A stretch of DNA of 64,000 nucleotides from the human T2T-CHM13v2.0 reference genome, Homo sapiens: NCBI RefSeq assembly GCF_009914755.1, contig NC_060942.1. One strand, 5' to 3'. The notes under the pieces are model-generated. The model made no database searches, was not told the DNA's origin, and saw nothing but the letters and a program-made list of their open reading frames with translations. Positions 1-16,782 of this stretch are shown one piece after another; within the stretch, counting starts at the first letter, position 1; the number at the start of each line of letters is the position of its first letter. Made by a program: the position numbers and the translations under genes.

Positions 1-2652
1 GCTGGTGTTGAAATCCTGGGCTCCAGCCATCCTCCCACCTCAGCCTCCCAAAATGCTGGGATTACAGACATGAGTGAGTCACTGTGCCTGGCCCTATCTG
101 TGGCTTTCTAAAGGAGCAGTTTAGCATATGGTTGGGAGTGTGAGCTTTGGAATCCCAATTGTGTTACTAGCCAGGTGATCTTGGGCAAAGTCACTTTATC
201 TCTGTGAGACTCAGTGTCTTCCTGTAGACTGGATAATATAACTATTTATTTTACAGGGTTGTTAGGAAGATTAAATGAGTCCATTTGAGTAAAGCAGTTA
301 GAATAGTGCCCAACACATAGTAAATCCTCAATAAATGTTAGCTAACAACACTATGTCTAAATCATATAAATTATAAATTCCTCAAAAGCAGGAGCCTTGC
401 ATTATTTGTAGCTCTGCTAACACGTACAGACCACTCAAGATTTTTCTAGTTGCTCAGCTCAGCAGTATTAATATATTAGCAGATGTAGCATTGTCTTGCT
501 TGCTGGTTTCTCCATCTGCTCTAAATTTAGTACTAAATAAAGATAGTTGTGGGGGTGGAGGAGGTTTTAAAGATCTCTGGTCCAAATCCATTAGGTTTTT
601 TGTTGTGTTTGAAAGCTGTAATCCAGAGAGAGTTTGAAAGCATATGCTAAAGACCATTTTTAGGCATGTTTTGCAGAAATGTATAGCATCTATTTACATT
701 ATTATGTGTTTCCATACTTTGACTGTCAATCCTTTGCATATAGTAGTATCCTAACTGATGTTCCAAATTTGCTACTATGCTATACATGGGCTTGCATAAT
801 TCCTAATTCATAACATATGGATATTAAATAGATTAGCTTATGAGAAGCAATTCACTTTTTTCCATCTTGGTAAGTAGAATAGTCACAATCCAATAAAGAT
901 AAATAAAGATGTCTAGGACTAAGGCATCATAATTACACCTTATATTTGTATAGTGCAAAATAACACCTTACATTTGTATACGTTATTTAATTCTTACAAC
1001 TACTCAGTGAAGTAAGCAGGCATGGAAGTATCATGAATTCCATTTTATAGATGAAGATATTAGAACCTAGAGGTTTTAACTGACTTGCCTAAGTTTACTA
1101 CATGGTAACAAATGGCAGAGCCAAGATCATACTTGGGTTTCTTCACTGCTAGCCCAGTGCCCTTTTTACTTTACTGGTAGAGGAAAGTGTTAGGAATTTT
1201 TATTTTCTTCCACCAATATTTACAGCCTGACTCTACAAAGAACCTTACCAATGGTGGTCTGTTGTGAGCCTTCAGCAAGGTATGGGTCTCATATGCTTAA
1301 TCCCAATTTGTAAATGTTATAGAGCCACCCCCCTGGCAAGGAGGATTTATATCAGGCAAATGTTGCAGAAAACGATATTTAGCTGCATCTGCTACAGCTG
1401 ATAAACTTTGGAATTGAAAGACAAGAAAGAATCATCAATGAAGTAACTCAAATAATGGGAGAGAATCTCCCAGTCAACACTGAATATCCTTGCTCCTTAA
1501 ATTTCAAGCTAAAGATGCCTATAAAACTCCATATAATATAACCACAGAAGATATTTTGTAGGTAGTACTTTGCACAAAAGCAATCATAGGAGTTTTACAG
1601 TTTGTTTTTATTGGAAGAGAGCCACAGCTCCAGAATTTCTTGTCATTGAATAGATGGGAGGGAGCGGGAGTTAGAAGCAGAAAAGAGAATCAGCCTGAAC
1701 ATACAGATGCTGGGGACTATGCGGTTGGGGCAGAAAACGTTTATACTGTAAGGAGTTAGTGTGAGTGGTGGAGAGAGAGTGACTAAAATTTTTACACAAT
1801 TACTATATAAATTCTTTTTTTTTAGTATATACATTCTGATCAGACTAGTGTAAACTGGCATAGACAAATATGAAGCAGTTGATGTTGTACATAGAAATGG
1901 GAGAAAAGAAAGCCAGACAATGTAAAAAATTTATTCCCCTCCCACTCCAGATAACACCCCAGTGTGAGAGTTAGGAGTCCATATATTTCAAGAGACTGAA
2001 ACCAATTCAATGAGCTTGAAAAATAATAAGATGTATTGATTCTCATAGGTCAAAAAAACAGGGATGGTACCAGCATCAAATGCAATTGGATCTGAGGCTC
2101 AAAGGAGAGTAGGGTTTTCCCTCTCTCTCCTTCTGGATTTCTACTCCGTTTTCTTGTTTATTATCTTCTTTCCTACTGCAAATGACCTTCCTCGATGTAG
2201 TCAGAGAAGTTGACTGCCAGCAGTGGCAGGCCAATACTCCATGCTGGGGTACCACTGTCAAACCAAATCCCAGCACAAAGAAAGAAAATGTTTCTCTGAT
2301 GGCTTCCATGTATGATGTCTTAGAGAAGGATTGTGATTGGTCAGTGTGGGCCACATGTCTGCCCGTGAACCAGTCTCAAGCTCTAGGGCAATGGAGTGCC
2401 AGGACTGGCCAATCCTTGGTTATGTCTCCACACTTGTAGCCAAAGCAGATGAAGTCTGTCACCAGAAAAGTGGTAAAGAATTCGGCTGAGCTATCCCAGT
2501 TCACTACAGCAACAGTTCCCAAATTGACCTGAAGATAAACATCCCCTGGACCCTTGTTAAAAAACAATTATTTGGCTCCCAGCTTAGACCTCCATAATAA
2601 GAATTTATATAGGAGAAGGATGGTAATTTGTATATTTAGCAAGTACCGCAGG

Positions 2653-3497
2653 TGTATTAGTTTCCTATTGCCACTGTAACAAATTACCACAAATTCAGTG
2701 GCTTAAAACAACATGGATTTATTATGGTCCTGGAGGTCAGAAACCCAAAATTGGTTTCACTAGGCTAAAGTCAAGGTGTTGACAGGAGGTTTCTTCTGGA
2801 GGCTCTGAGGGGAGAATCCATTTCTTTGCCTTTTTCAGCTTCTGGTGGCTGGCTGTGTCCTGGTCCACCATCTTTGAAGAGCATCACTCCAGTTACTGCT
2901 TCTATAATCACATCACCTTCTCCTCAAACTTTGACTCCTTCTGTGCTCCTTTTATAAGAACCACTGGACATTGGGTCCACTTGGATAATCCAGCATTATC
3001 TCCAAGTTCAAGATCCTAACTCAGTCACATCTGCAAACTCCCTTTTGCCATATGCTATATGGTTGGGACGTGTCCCTCAAATTTCATGTGTTGAAAACTA
3101 AATCCCCAAATTCATATCTTGATGCTATTTGGAGGCAGAGATTTGGGGAGGTAATTAGTACTAGATGACGTCATCAGGATGGGGCTCCTATGATGGGACT
3201 GGTGGCTTTATAAGAGGAAGAGAGACTTGAGTTTGCATGCCTGTGGTCTTTTGCCATGTGATGCCCTTCACCATGAAAACCCTCATCAGAAGTTGAGCAG
3301 ATGCCAGTGCCGTGCTCTTGGACTTTCCAGACTCCAGAAGTGTGAGAAATAAATTTCTTTTATTTATAAATTACCCAGCCTCAGGTATTCTGTTATAGCA
3401 ACAGAAAACAGTCAAAAACACTATTCAAGGTAACATTCACATGTTCCAAGGTTTATTAGGACATGGACATAGTGGGGCCATTATTTAGCCTACTGCA
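2653..3497 (-). mobile_element. MLT1-type MaLR LTR, interrupted by an MST LTR
   Basis: Starts tgtattagtttcctattgc...aaattaccacaaa; near-TSD gcagg/ccagg. Confidence 0.75.
3053..3420 (+). mobile_element. MST-type MaLR solo LTR
   Basis: tgctatatggttggg...aataaatttctttt...ttatagcaacagaaaac; typical MST 3' end. Confidence 0.75.
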
Positions 3498-3510
3498 CCA
3501 GGTAGTTATT

Positions 3511-4480
<970 letters not shown>

Positions 4481-4667
4481 GCACCACAGGAATGGTTAGT
4501 TAACACCACAAGTGCAACATAAATATTCCAAACTATAAATATTATATAAGCATAACTAATCACTTAACTGCATATAATATATAGATGCCCCAATTGGGTG
4601 GCCCAACCACCATGTTTTTGAATGTGTCAGTAACTCATTTCATTTTTATTGTTGAGTAGTGTTTCAT

Positions 4668-4892
4668 TGCTATGGTTTTGAATGTCTCCCCAAAACTCAT
4701 GTTGAAATTTAATTGTCATTGTGATGGCATTAAGAGGTAATGTTATGTTGAAGCACAAAGGCCATCACCAGATGCTGCTGCTATACTCTTAGTCTCCCCA
4801 GCATCCAGAACCGTGAACCAAATAAATTTCTATTGTTTATAAAGTGCCCAGTCTCAGGTATTCCGCTATAGCAACGCAGAATGGACTAAAAC
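4668..4892 (+). mobile_element. MST LTR with internal deletion
   Basis: tgctatggttttgaatgtctcccc...tatagcaacgcagaatggactaaaaca. Confidence 0.7.
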
Positions 4893-4969
4893 ATCCACTG
4901 AATGAATTTACCACAATCTGTTCATCCATTCACCTATGAATGGACATTTGGATTGTTTCCAGTTTTTTC

Positions 4970-5222
4970 CGGGCCAGGTGTGGTGGCTCACACCTGTAAT
5001 CCCAGCACTGTGGGAGGCTGAGGCAGGTGGATCACTTGAGGTCAGGAGTTTGAGACCAGCCTGGACAACATGGTGAAACCCCATCTCTACTAAAAATACA
5101 AAAAATTAGCTGGATGTGCTCACTTGAACCCAGGAGGCAGAGGCTGCAATAAGCCAAGATCGTGCCACTGTACTCCAGCCTGGGTGATAGAGCCTCTGTC
5201 TCACCAAAAAAAAAAAAAAAAA
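4970..5222 (+). mobile_element. Alu with internal deletion
   Basis: Alu consensus with A tail. Confidence 0.9.
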
Positions 5223-5603
5223 GAATATTTATGGAGCCTCTTCCACATGTATTTTCTCTCCCATCTCACCTCCTACTTCACTCCTCTCTTATCCTGCCCT
5301 AACTGTGTTGACCTTACTTCTGTCATGTGAATACACTGAGCTTAGTTCTGCTTCAGGATCTTAACATCAGCTCTCTCCAGATTTTTGCATAGCTCTCTCC
5401 ATCATTCAGGTCCCTACTCAAATGTCACCCTCTCAGAGAACCTCTCCTGATTGCCCTATCTAAAATAGTACTCCACCTCCTCCCCCAATCTAATTCTCTA
5501 TGGTCTTTTTTTTTTTTAATAAAATTGCAATTATCACTTTAATATTATATTATCTGTTTGGCCACATGTTAATCATATGTATCACCCACTAGAATGTAAG
5601 TTT

Positions 5604-6420
<817 letters not shown>

Positions 6421-7873
6421 GAATGTATTTAATAAGTTCTTTAAGGACCAGGAAATTTGTCTCACGCTGTATCTCCATCTAGAGCAGTGCCTGGCAAAGA
6501 GTAGAAATTCAATAAATTTTTGTTGGATGAGAATTTTCATTTAAATCTTAGGAAAAGAAAAATTTGAACAAGTGTTATACCTACTTTTATAGCCGAAGCA
6601 ACTGAAGGTGAGACAGGTTCAGTAACTTGCCAGGAGGGCACAGAGATAGAGCCAGGATTTGAATGCTTGTCCATTTGACTTCAAAGCTCATCCATTGTCT
6701 TAGCCTCTATCTACCGTCTCATAATGAAGTGGAATGTATACACACAAGACTACAAAATCAAGTGCCAGTGGAGTGCCTTGAGGTTGTTTGGATGAGATCA
6801 ACGGAGGAGATGGAGTCATCAGTAGGAGGGGAGTTGGCCTCATGCATGAGATTTGTAAAGATGGAGGCAGGAGACAGGGCAAACCTTGGGCCTGGGTCTG
6901 CGATTGTCCACCGTGGCTTTGTCCTTGGCTGAAGAAGCCAGTTCCCATCTTCTCCTGGGAGAGCAGTGAGGATGGAGGGCCAGCTGTAGGGTCAGGACTG
7001 TGTAAGCCGCATTCCTGGGCCTTTGTTTCAAACCTACCAACAAAGAACACTCTCTGGGGAGCTTTTGTGGACTGTGGTTAGGCCTGCAGTCAGGACCCGC
7101 ATTCTAACTAACCAGTGTAGCCTCTGGCAAGTGCAGAGCCACTTTGCAGCTCCCTGGCAATGGAGATGATCTGTGTACTGGGGAAGGCAGCTGGGCCCAG
7201 AGGGGCTTTTGAACCACAGCATTTTTCTTAAAGATGGGGGATGTTATTGTTGAACCAGGTAGGAGGTGACCTGGGAACCAGCCTCCCTGAAAAGGAGGAG
7301 GGAGGGAAACACCTATGCCCAGGGTTATGTGGTGCTATTTCCTTCCTGATTAAAGATGTAGATGCCTTGGTACCCGAGCCCTGGAGGAGGCTCCCTCAAC
7401 CTGAGAAAGCACTGTGCTGCAGCTCATCCTGGGAGCCGGCTCCCCTGGGTGGTACAGCACAGAGGGAAGGAAGGGGGCCGCAGTTCAAGGGCAGCAGCTG
7501 GGAGAAGCATGTCAGAAGTGCCAGGGAAGCAAAAGTCGGCTAGGGAAAGGAAAGGGGAGGAAGGAAAAGCAGAGAGGCAGCAGCAGCTCTGGGAGAAAGG
7601 GACAGCAGACATTAGAGGGGCGAGTGTTCTGGGAGCCTCAGAGCAGTGATGGATTTTCCATCTTTCCTTGGAGGAGGGGCTGGGTCTTGGAATCCCCTCC
7701 CTTCTCTGCCCCTTACACACAGTTTGTCCTGAGGAGCAGACATGAGGTCTGTGCTCACCCAAGCGCTCACAGTCTCCTTCTCTCTTCAATACCCATCTGC
7801 TGGGCCTAATTCTTACCTCAAAAAGGTAACTCTTGATTATTCTTAAAAGTTTAAAAAAAAATAGTAACTGTGA

Positions 7874-8240
<367 letters not shown>

Positions 8241-8361
8241 AGAAAAATGCTTAAAGAATATGGAAATAATTTGGTGGTGTTTAGGTAGATTGTTTTCCTC
8301 CTCAGAGTTGAAAGTAACACAGATATTCATTAACTTTTATCACTGAAATGACACCATAGCA

Positions 8362-8621
8362 CTGTAGCCCAGGCTGGAGTGCAATGGTGCAATCTCAGCT
8401 CAGTGCAACCTCCACCTCCCTGGCTCGAGCGCTTCTCCTGCCTCCACCTTCTGAGTAGCTGGGATTACAGGCACATACCACCATGCCTGGCTAATTTTTG
8501 TATTTTAGCAGAGACGAGGTTTTGCCATGTTGGCCAGGCCAGTCTCAAACTCTTGACCTCAAATGGTTTGCCTCGGCCTCCCAAAGTACTGGGATTACAG
8601 GCGTGAGCCACCGTGCCTGGC
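8362..8621 (-). mobile_element. Alu lacking its tail
   Basis: Alu consensus. Confidence 0.9.
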
Positions 8622-9395
8622 AGGTTTGTTTTGGATGAACTTGTCATTTCCAGCACTCCCTGCTTGTGATGTTCTCTCTTGTACCTGTGACACTGAGGAA
8701 AACCGTTAGATGCCAAGTTCACCTGAGGGACTAAAATCTGTCTAGATGTAAGTCTGATCTGGCGTCTACTGGGGGAAGGGAAAGACTGGATAAACTGTGT
8801 TTCAGTTCATATCCATTGCCATTCAATTCTGCATTCTAAGATATGGCAACCAGTAGGCTCACTCTACATGTTTATTCAACGGAAACGATGTCCGAAAATT
8901 TAACTTTCATCACAAAGCATTTTAGGTGGGTAGAATCATGACTGTGAACTGTCTCCTAAATAATTTAGTGTTCCATTATTCCCCTCCCCAGTACATTTTA
9001 GATTTAGGTCCTACACAGTTCTAGACCCTGGATTCTAGGGCTTTGCCTCTGGAACCAGCGGTATTGGCCTCACTTGAGAGCTTATTAGAAATGAAGAGTC
9101 TCCAGCCCACCCTCAAATCCAAGGAATCAGGATTTACTTTTTAACATGCTCCCCAAGTGATCTGTGTGCATGTTAAAGTAGGAGAAATGCTGCTCTGAGG
9201 CATCTGATCAGCAGGCCCTCCCAGGCCCTGGCTTCAGGGTAGAGCTATTTGGGTTGCAGATAGCACCATGCCACACTCTGTGGGCAGAGAGTTCAAATTC
9301 CAGCTCTGCTGTGAACCTCATCACAGGGACAAGTGACCTAAAATTAAAAAAAAAAAAAATCAAACTCACAGAAAAGTCGCAAGAATAGTACAAAG

Positions 9396-9730
<335 letters not shown>

Positions 9731-9912
9731 CTAGACTCACCAACTATTAACATTTTGCAGTGTATACTTTATCATTTTTTTCGCTCTACCTATGTATGAT
9801 GATTATTCCTGAATTCTTGGAGAGTTAATTGCATATACTGGCATGTCTTTACCCTCAATACTTCAGTGTGTAGCTCTGAAAACAAGGACATTTTCCTACA
9901 TAACGACAACAC

Positions 9913-10027
9913 CAGGGCTAGAACTAGATGGAGGCTAACAAGGCCTGAGCGTGAGTGGCCCTTCAAGAGGGCTTCCTTCAACTTTGTACCCTAGGAGCCT
10001 CTGTTGTCTCGCCCTAGTTCTGGCCTG
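9913..10027. mobile_element. Short hAT MITE (MER91-like)
   Basis: Inverted termini cagggctagaactag...ctagttctggcctg. Confidence 0.6.
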
Positions 10028-10734
10028 CATGCTACAGTTATCAAAATCAGGAAACCTTACTATTATCTAATCTATAGTCTATTATATCTAATCTATAATC
10101 TATTATATACCTATAGTCTAATCTATAAGCTATTTTCCAATCATGTCTATTGTCCCAATAAGGTCCTTCGTAGCAAAAATTTTCCCCAGATTCAATTCAG
10201 GATCATGTATGACATTTACTTGTCCTGTGTATTTAGTCTCCTTTGATCTGGAACAGTTTTTCAGGCTTTGTCTTTTATGATATTGACATTTTTGAAAATT
10301 ATAGACTAGTTATGTTACAGAATGTCCCTCAATATGGGGACAAGTAACTTTTTAATCTCTTAACGGTTCAGTTTCATCACTTGTAAATTGGGAATAGTCC
10401 CTCCTTCATGTTGAATCAAATAGATGAAGACACGTAATGGGCTTGACACATGGCAGGCGCAGGTGGATTAAACAAGAAGCTGCCACTGATCAGGCACTTG
10501 TCAGCGCCATGCCAAGTGCTTCAAGTGCATTGTCTCATTTCGTTTTTACTGCAGCTCTGTGAGATGGGCTGTATTTTTACCCCTACTTCACAGAAGAAGA
10601 ATCTGAGACTTAGAATCATTTGTCCAAGGTCTCATAGCTAGTAAGGAGTGACATGGGGACTTGAATCAAGTCAGTGAGACTGCAAAGATTATTCGCTTAG
10701 TAACATGCTTGTGGTGCTTGCTAAAATCTAGCTT

Positions 10735-11335
10735 TTTAAACATAAAATTTTCCTAGAGTTCACCATTTTAACCATTTCAAAGTGTACATTCAGTGTCTCT
10801 TAGTATATTTACAATGTTGTACAACTCTCAGCACTATCCGATTCCACAACATTTCCATCACCTCATGAAGAAACCCTGTACCTCCCAATTCCCCTGACAA
10901 CCACCGATCTGTTAATCTACCTCTGTTTCTGTGGCTTTGCATATACATAAAATGAAATACTACTAAGCAATAAAAAGGAACTAACTACTGATACACAGTA
11001 ACATTCTGGATCTCAAAAACAACATACTGAGTGAAAGAACCCAAATACAAAAGACTGCACATGGAAATATTCCATTTATGTGAAATTCTAGAAAAAATGC
11101 CTTAGGAACAGACAGCATGGCAGTGGTTGCCTGGGGACAGGAACATATGGTTGGGAGGTGGCACTGACTGCAAAGGGGCATAAGGGAACTTTTTGGAGGG
11201 ATAGAGGTGTTCTAATACTTGATTGGTAGTGGTGGTTACACATTGCATATATTTGCCCAAATGCATCAAATTGTCCACTGCGTCGAGTTTATAATATGTA
11301 AATTATACCTCAATAAGATTTTAAAAAAAGAAGAA
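10735..11335. mobile_element. Two old L1M 3' fragments in opposite orientation
   Basis: Minus-strand L1M 3' end at ~10735-10940, then a plus-strand end finishing aaattatacctcaataa. Confidence 0.7.
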
Positions 11336-12414
11336 AAAATCCCAAGCATATCTGGTCCTGAATGGAGTTCAATTCATCAGCACAGCTACCTTCGTTGTCT
11401 GGCCCCAGATCCATCTTCCCAGCCTCATCTCTCGCTTCTCTGACACTTGCCATGGGCAAGCCCAGTGTTGGGCACTCAGAGAACGTGGGGGAAGGAGAAC
11501 CTCTATCTTCAGGGAACTCACAGCCTAGTCTGGGAGCAGAAAGAAAGGGCAGCCAACTCTGACACAGCAGGGCACCATTCCTAGAGGACCACTGAGTCCT
11601 AAAGGACAGGAACAAGAATATTCCAGACACAGCCTGGATTCCAGTCATTTTGAATCTCAAGTTTGAATCCAGTTTCAATCTAATATTTTGAATAGGTAAT
11701 ACATTTCTATGGCTGTATACTTTAAGCCAAAGAGATGACAGAGTTTATTTTATTGCTTTTAGGAATGTGGGAATCACTTGTAATATTTAGGTTAATTGAT
11801 GTCAAGTAATTTTCAGGAGCAACTGGAATTATTTTAAAAATCACTGGATTAAACTGGGTGCAGTGGTGCATGTCTGTAGTCCCCAGCTACTCAGAAGGCT
11901 GAGGCAGGAGGATCACTTGAACGCAGGAGTCTGAGTCCAGCCAAGGCAACACAGCAAGACTCCATCTCTAAAAAACAAAACCAAACCAAACCCAAAACAT
12001 TGGGTTGACACTAAAATATCATGATGCTAACTTGTGCCAGGAGGTCCTTTACTTGAGGGAAGAGCACTCTGTCTCCATCCCTAGGATGAAAAGATTAAAC
12101 TTCTATATTCTCCTCACCCTTAGAAAGCTCCTATTCATAGGAGGTAAAACCATTAAATAAAACAAAAGGAAAATAAACCTTTCAAGTCTTTGCCTGCGCC
12201 TATCAGAGATCTATGTGGAACTGGCAGTAGCTTGGCTCCCTTTGAGTGCTTTGGAACTATGGTCTTCAAGATTTCTTGCTTGCTTTTCTCCTAAAAGAAA
12301 TTTGAAAAACTGTGTTTTTTTCTTCCTTCCTTTCTTTCCTTTTTCTTTCTTTCTCTCTCCTTCCTTCCGTCCTTTTTTTTAAAATAAGAGATAGGGTCTC
12401 ATTCTGTCACTTAG

Positions 12415-12549
<135 letters not shown>

Positions 12550-13671
12550 TGAACTTTTAAAGGTCATATCTAAAATGTTTCATCACAAGTTTAAATAATA
12601 GTAAGGTTTGTTATTTCTGGCGTAAGTATTGGCATTTTAAAATAAGATTGTTACATCATTCTTTAAACGTATCCAAGGAAATTTAAAGATCATAATGCAT
12701 CTATCAACCATTTAAAAAATATATGAACAAGCTTTTCTTTAAAGTAAATTTTACATCACTTTTTTTTTCTTATCTTGTATTTCCATTCCACTTACCCCTC
12801 AATATTTTAATATAATATTTTAAGCTGGAGAGTCTTTTATTGATCAACCTATCATATTTCCCTACAAAAAAATTTTTTTAAAAAAATTCTTGACTGAGTC
12901 TGATAAGCTTAAAAAGCTCATTTTGATTGTATAATTTTAATATCTAATTGATCTAAACAACATAAAATATTACATATTTTGGTATCTATTAAAATTAAAG
13001 GATATTTTTGCTGAATGAAATAGAATTGGGTCAAACCTAATCCTAGTTTTCACTTCTATGGATAGAAGCACAAACACCTTGTTCATTCATTCAACAAATA
13101 TTTATTGAGCACCTCCTACGTGTCAATAGCTACTCTAGGCACTTGGGATACACTGGTAAACACTACAGATAAATCCTTGCCCTCATGGAGCTTACATTCT
13201 AGCGGGGGGTAATAGGCAATAAACAATAAACACAACACATAAGTAAATCATATAGTATGTCAGAAGTGCTATAGTAAAACAGAAAGCAGGGTAAAGGGGC
13301 TTTGGGTGTACTGTGAGAGTTAAGAATGGGCTGTGATTTTTAAAAGGTCAAGATAGGCTTCAATGAGGTAACTTTTGACCAAAGGAGGTGAGAGAGTTGG
13401 CAATGCAGATATCTGGGGGAAACATGTACAAGGCAGAGGGCACAGCCAGTGCAGAGGCCCTAACTTGGGAGCATGGCTGGCATCTTCTAGGGACAAGAAA
13501 AGAGGTCGGGAAGGTTAGGACATATTGGAGAATGACTGATAGGAAATGAGATTAGAGAAGTAATGCTCAGGGTGGAGTGGTGATGCTGATCTTATAGAAC
13601 CCTTTAGACTATTGTAAGGATGTAGATTTTTACTCTAAATGAAATGAGGATCATTTAATGCAGGGATTTAA

Positions 13672-13992
<321 letters not shown>

Positions 13993-14516
13993 CTGACTTC
14001 TATTTTAAAAGGATCTCTCTAGCTATTATGTTGGGAAGAGGCAAGCATGAGAACAGGGAGAGCTTTTAGAAGATGAATCCAAAGATGAGATGATGGTGGC
14101 TCAGACCAGGGAGCAGCAGTGGAGGTGGTTAGGGATGCTCTGTGGATTAGACATGGGTGTGAGAAAACGAGGGGAATCCAGAATTGCTGGACAGCACTAA
14201 GGATTTACTTGAGGTTCATGGTGATGAAATTAAAGTGAAACTGCTCAGGGTTTTTGGTCTGAACAACTTGAACAATAGAGTTATCAAATGAGATTGGAAA
14301 GCTAGTGGGTTCAACAGGTTTGAGGGAGAATATTGCTCAGTTTGTGACATGTTTGAGGATATCAGAATCTGGAGTTCAGGTAAGAGATCCGAGCTGGAGA
14401 TATAAATTTAAGAGTTGTCATCATATATGATGATATTATATATCTTAGATGGTACTGAAAGTCAGGAGACTGGATGAGATCACGGAAATGAGTATAGATT
14501 AAAAAGAGTTCAAGGG

Positions 14517-14806
14517 ACCAGGTGCAGTGGCTCATGCCTGTAATCCCAGCCCTTTGGGAGGCTGACGCAGGCAGATCACTTGAGGTCAGGAGTTCAAGAC
14601 CAGCCTGGCCAGCAAGGCGAAACCCTGTCTACGGAAAAATACAAAAACTAGCCAGGTGTGGTGGCGGGCGCCTGTAATCCCAGCTACCTGGGAGGCTGAG
14701 GCAGGGAGAATTGCTTGAATCTGGGAGGCAGAGGTTGCAGTGAGCCGAGATCATGCCACTGCACTCCAGCCTGGGTGACAGAGAGAGACTCTGTCTCAAA
14801 AAAATA
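14517..14806 (+). mobile_element. AluS
   Basis: Alu consensus. Confidence 0.93.
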
Positions 14807-16782
14807 AAGAGTTCAGGGAATAAGCCCCAGTTAAGGGGTCTGAGAGAAGAGATGGAACCCAGCAAAGAAGACAGGGAAGGAGGAACCACGAATGAAGGAG
14901 GAAAACCAAGAGGATGTGGTTAAAAAAAGAGAATCAAGTGATGAGCTGTGTCAGCTGTTACAGATAAGATGAGAACCGAGACTAGATCATTGGGTTTAGC
15001 CAATGTGAAGTTCCTTGTTGGCCTTCACAAGAGTGGTTTTGATACGGTAGTAAGGATGAAAGCATGAATGGAGTTTAAGAGAGGATGGGAAACCTAACAC
15101 TCAGCTGATGACCTAAAATACGCCACATGTGTACCTCGCATGTAATGATTCTACTACATATGTATGGAGTCTTAACATACGTATCATGCTTGACATGTTT
15201 TTGAACTTTGTATAAATGGTATTGTATGGGATGTATTCTGCTGTTGCAGAATGGGAGAAGAACTGCAGACAAAGTATAGAAAACTCTTTTAGAAGTTTTG
15301 TTGTAAAGGGAGTAGAGAAATAGGTGATAGCTGACAGTAGAAATAGGTCAAAGAGAAGAATCTGTAGGATTGGAAAAATCACAGCTGCTTGTAAGCTTAT
15401 CAGAATGACCCAGTAGAGAAATACTGATAAAACAGAATAGGCGGATAATTGCTGGAGTGACAGTGAGGATCTTGATTAGGCAAGATAGTACTGGAATCTA
15501 TGTCTTGGTGACAATACTCCTTTAGCTAGGAGCACGGCAATTCAACCATGTGAGGGTGGGGAAGGCAAAGTAGAGGCTGGTATGTGGGTGTGGGTGATGC
15601 TGAGATTCTGTGGAATTTTTTCTCTCATTGCTTCAATTTTCTAAACAAGGCTATTAATTGAGAATGATTGAGGAGAGGACATGCAACTTAGAGGACAGAG
15701 AACGTACAAAATCCAGAAGAATGGAGGCGGGAAGTAGAATTGCTGGACAGCATTAAGGGTCTATCTGAGGTTCATGGTGATGAAATTAAAGTGAAGGTAG
15801 TCAGTGTGATTGTGTTCTTCTCTCGCCACATTCAGATGCATGGGTGCCAGCTTGAATCAGGGTTGTGGCTTTGCCAAGCAAGCACAACAAAGGGAAAAAA
15901 AGGCAAGGGGGCTGAGGGCATGTGTAAGAGTGATTGTGATTGGCTGGGGGTTGAGGCTGGGTGACAGCAGATATGAGGGTTCAAGAATTGTTGCAGTTAG
16001 AGTACTATAGGGAGTGATCTGGAAAACTGAGGTAGTGATCAGGGTGTGAGATGTTTGAAACTGAGATAATGAAGAAGTTGCAGAGTTTGATAAGGCTACG
16101 GTGATTATGACCATGGGAGGAAGTGGCTGAGTTAGGATATGTGCAAGTTTGAAGTTAGAGAAGGTACAAAATCTAGAATGATCAAGGGGAGGATGTGTAA
16201 GTTAGAGGACAGAGAAGGTATAAAATCCAGAAGAGTGGATCAGGGAAGTATAAGAGAATTGCTGAACAGCACTAAGGGTCTACCTGAGGTTAATGGTGAA
16301 CAGTGGGAGTCTCCAGCCAACAGCCAGGAAGGACTGAGGCTATCAGTCCTGAGGCCTGCAAGGAACTGAATGCTGCCAACAACCACATGAGCTTGGAAGC
16401 AGATCCGCTATCCCAGCCTCACTTTGTAGAGGACCCAGCTAAGCAACGCCTGGACTCCTGACCCAGAGAAACTGTAAGATCATAAAATTGAAGCAATGAA
16501 GAAGATCCTTGAGAAGAAGAAAAGGAACTGAGAGGCCAGGGTACTGGGAAGATCTTATAACCACCTACCACTAGGACAGAAGTGGCATTGGAGTGAATGT
16601 CAGGAGCAAATTGTGCAGAGATGAAGCGGGGTGAGGTCAGCGATAGAGGTATCGGACAGCAAGATTTAAAGCTGCCGGTTTAGAGGAGGAGGGGGATGAC
16701 CTGGAAGCAATGTTGAGAAGCAAGAAGGAAACCTATCTCACCTCCAGGCACTAAGAAGCTGAAGGTTGAAAACACAGTTGCC

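Noticed and set aside
10040-10130. Degenerate ~21-nt tatctaatctata repeats, superficially array-like
   Set aside because: AT-rich slippage inside an old L1; no unique spacers, so not CRISPR-like.
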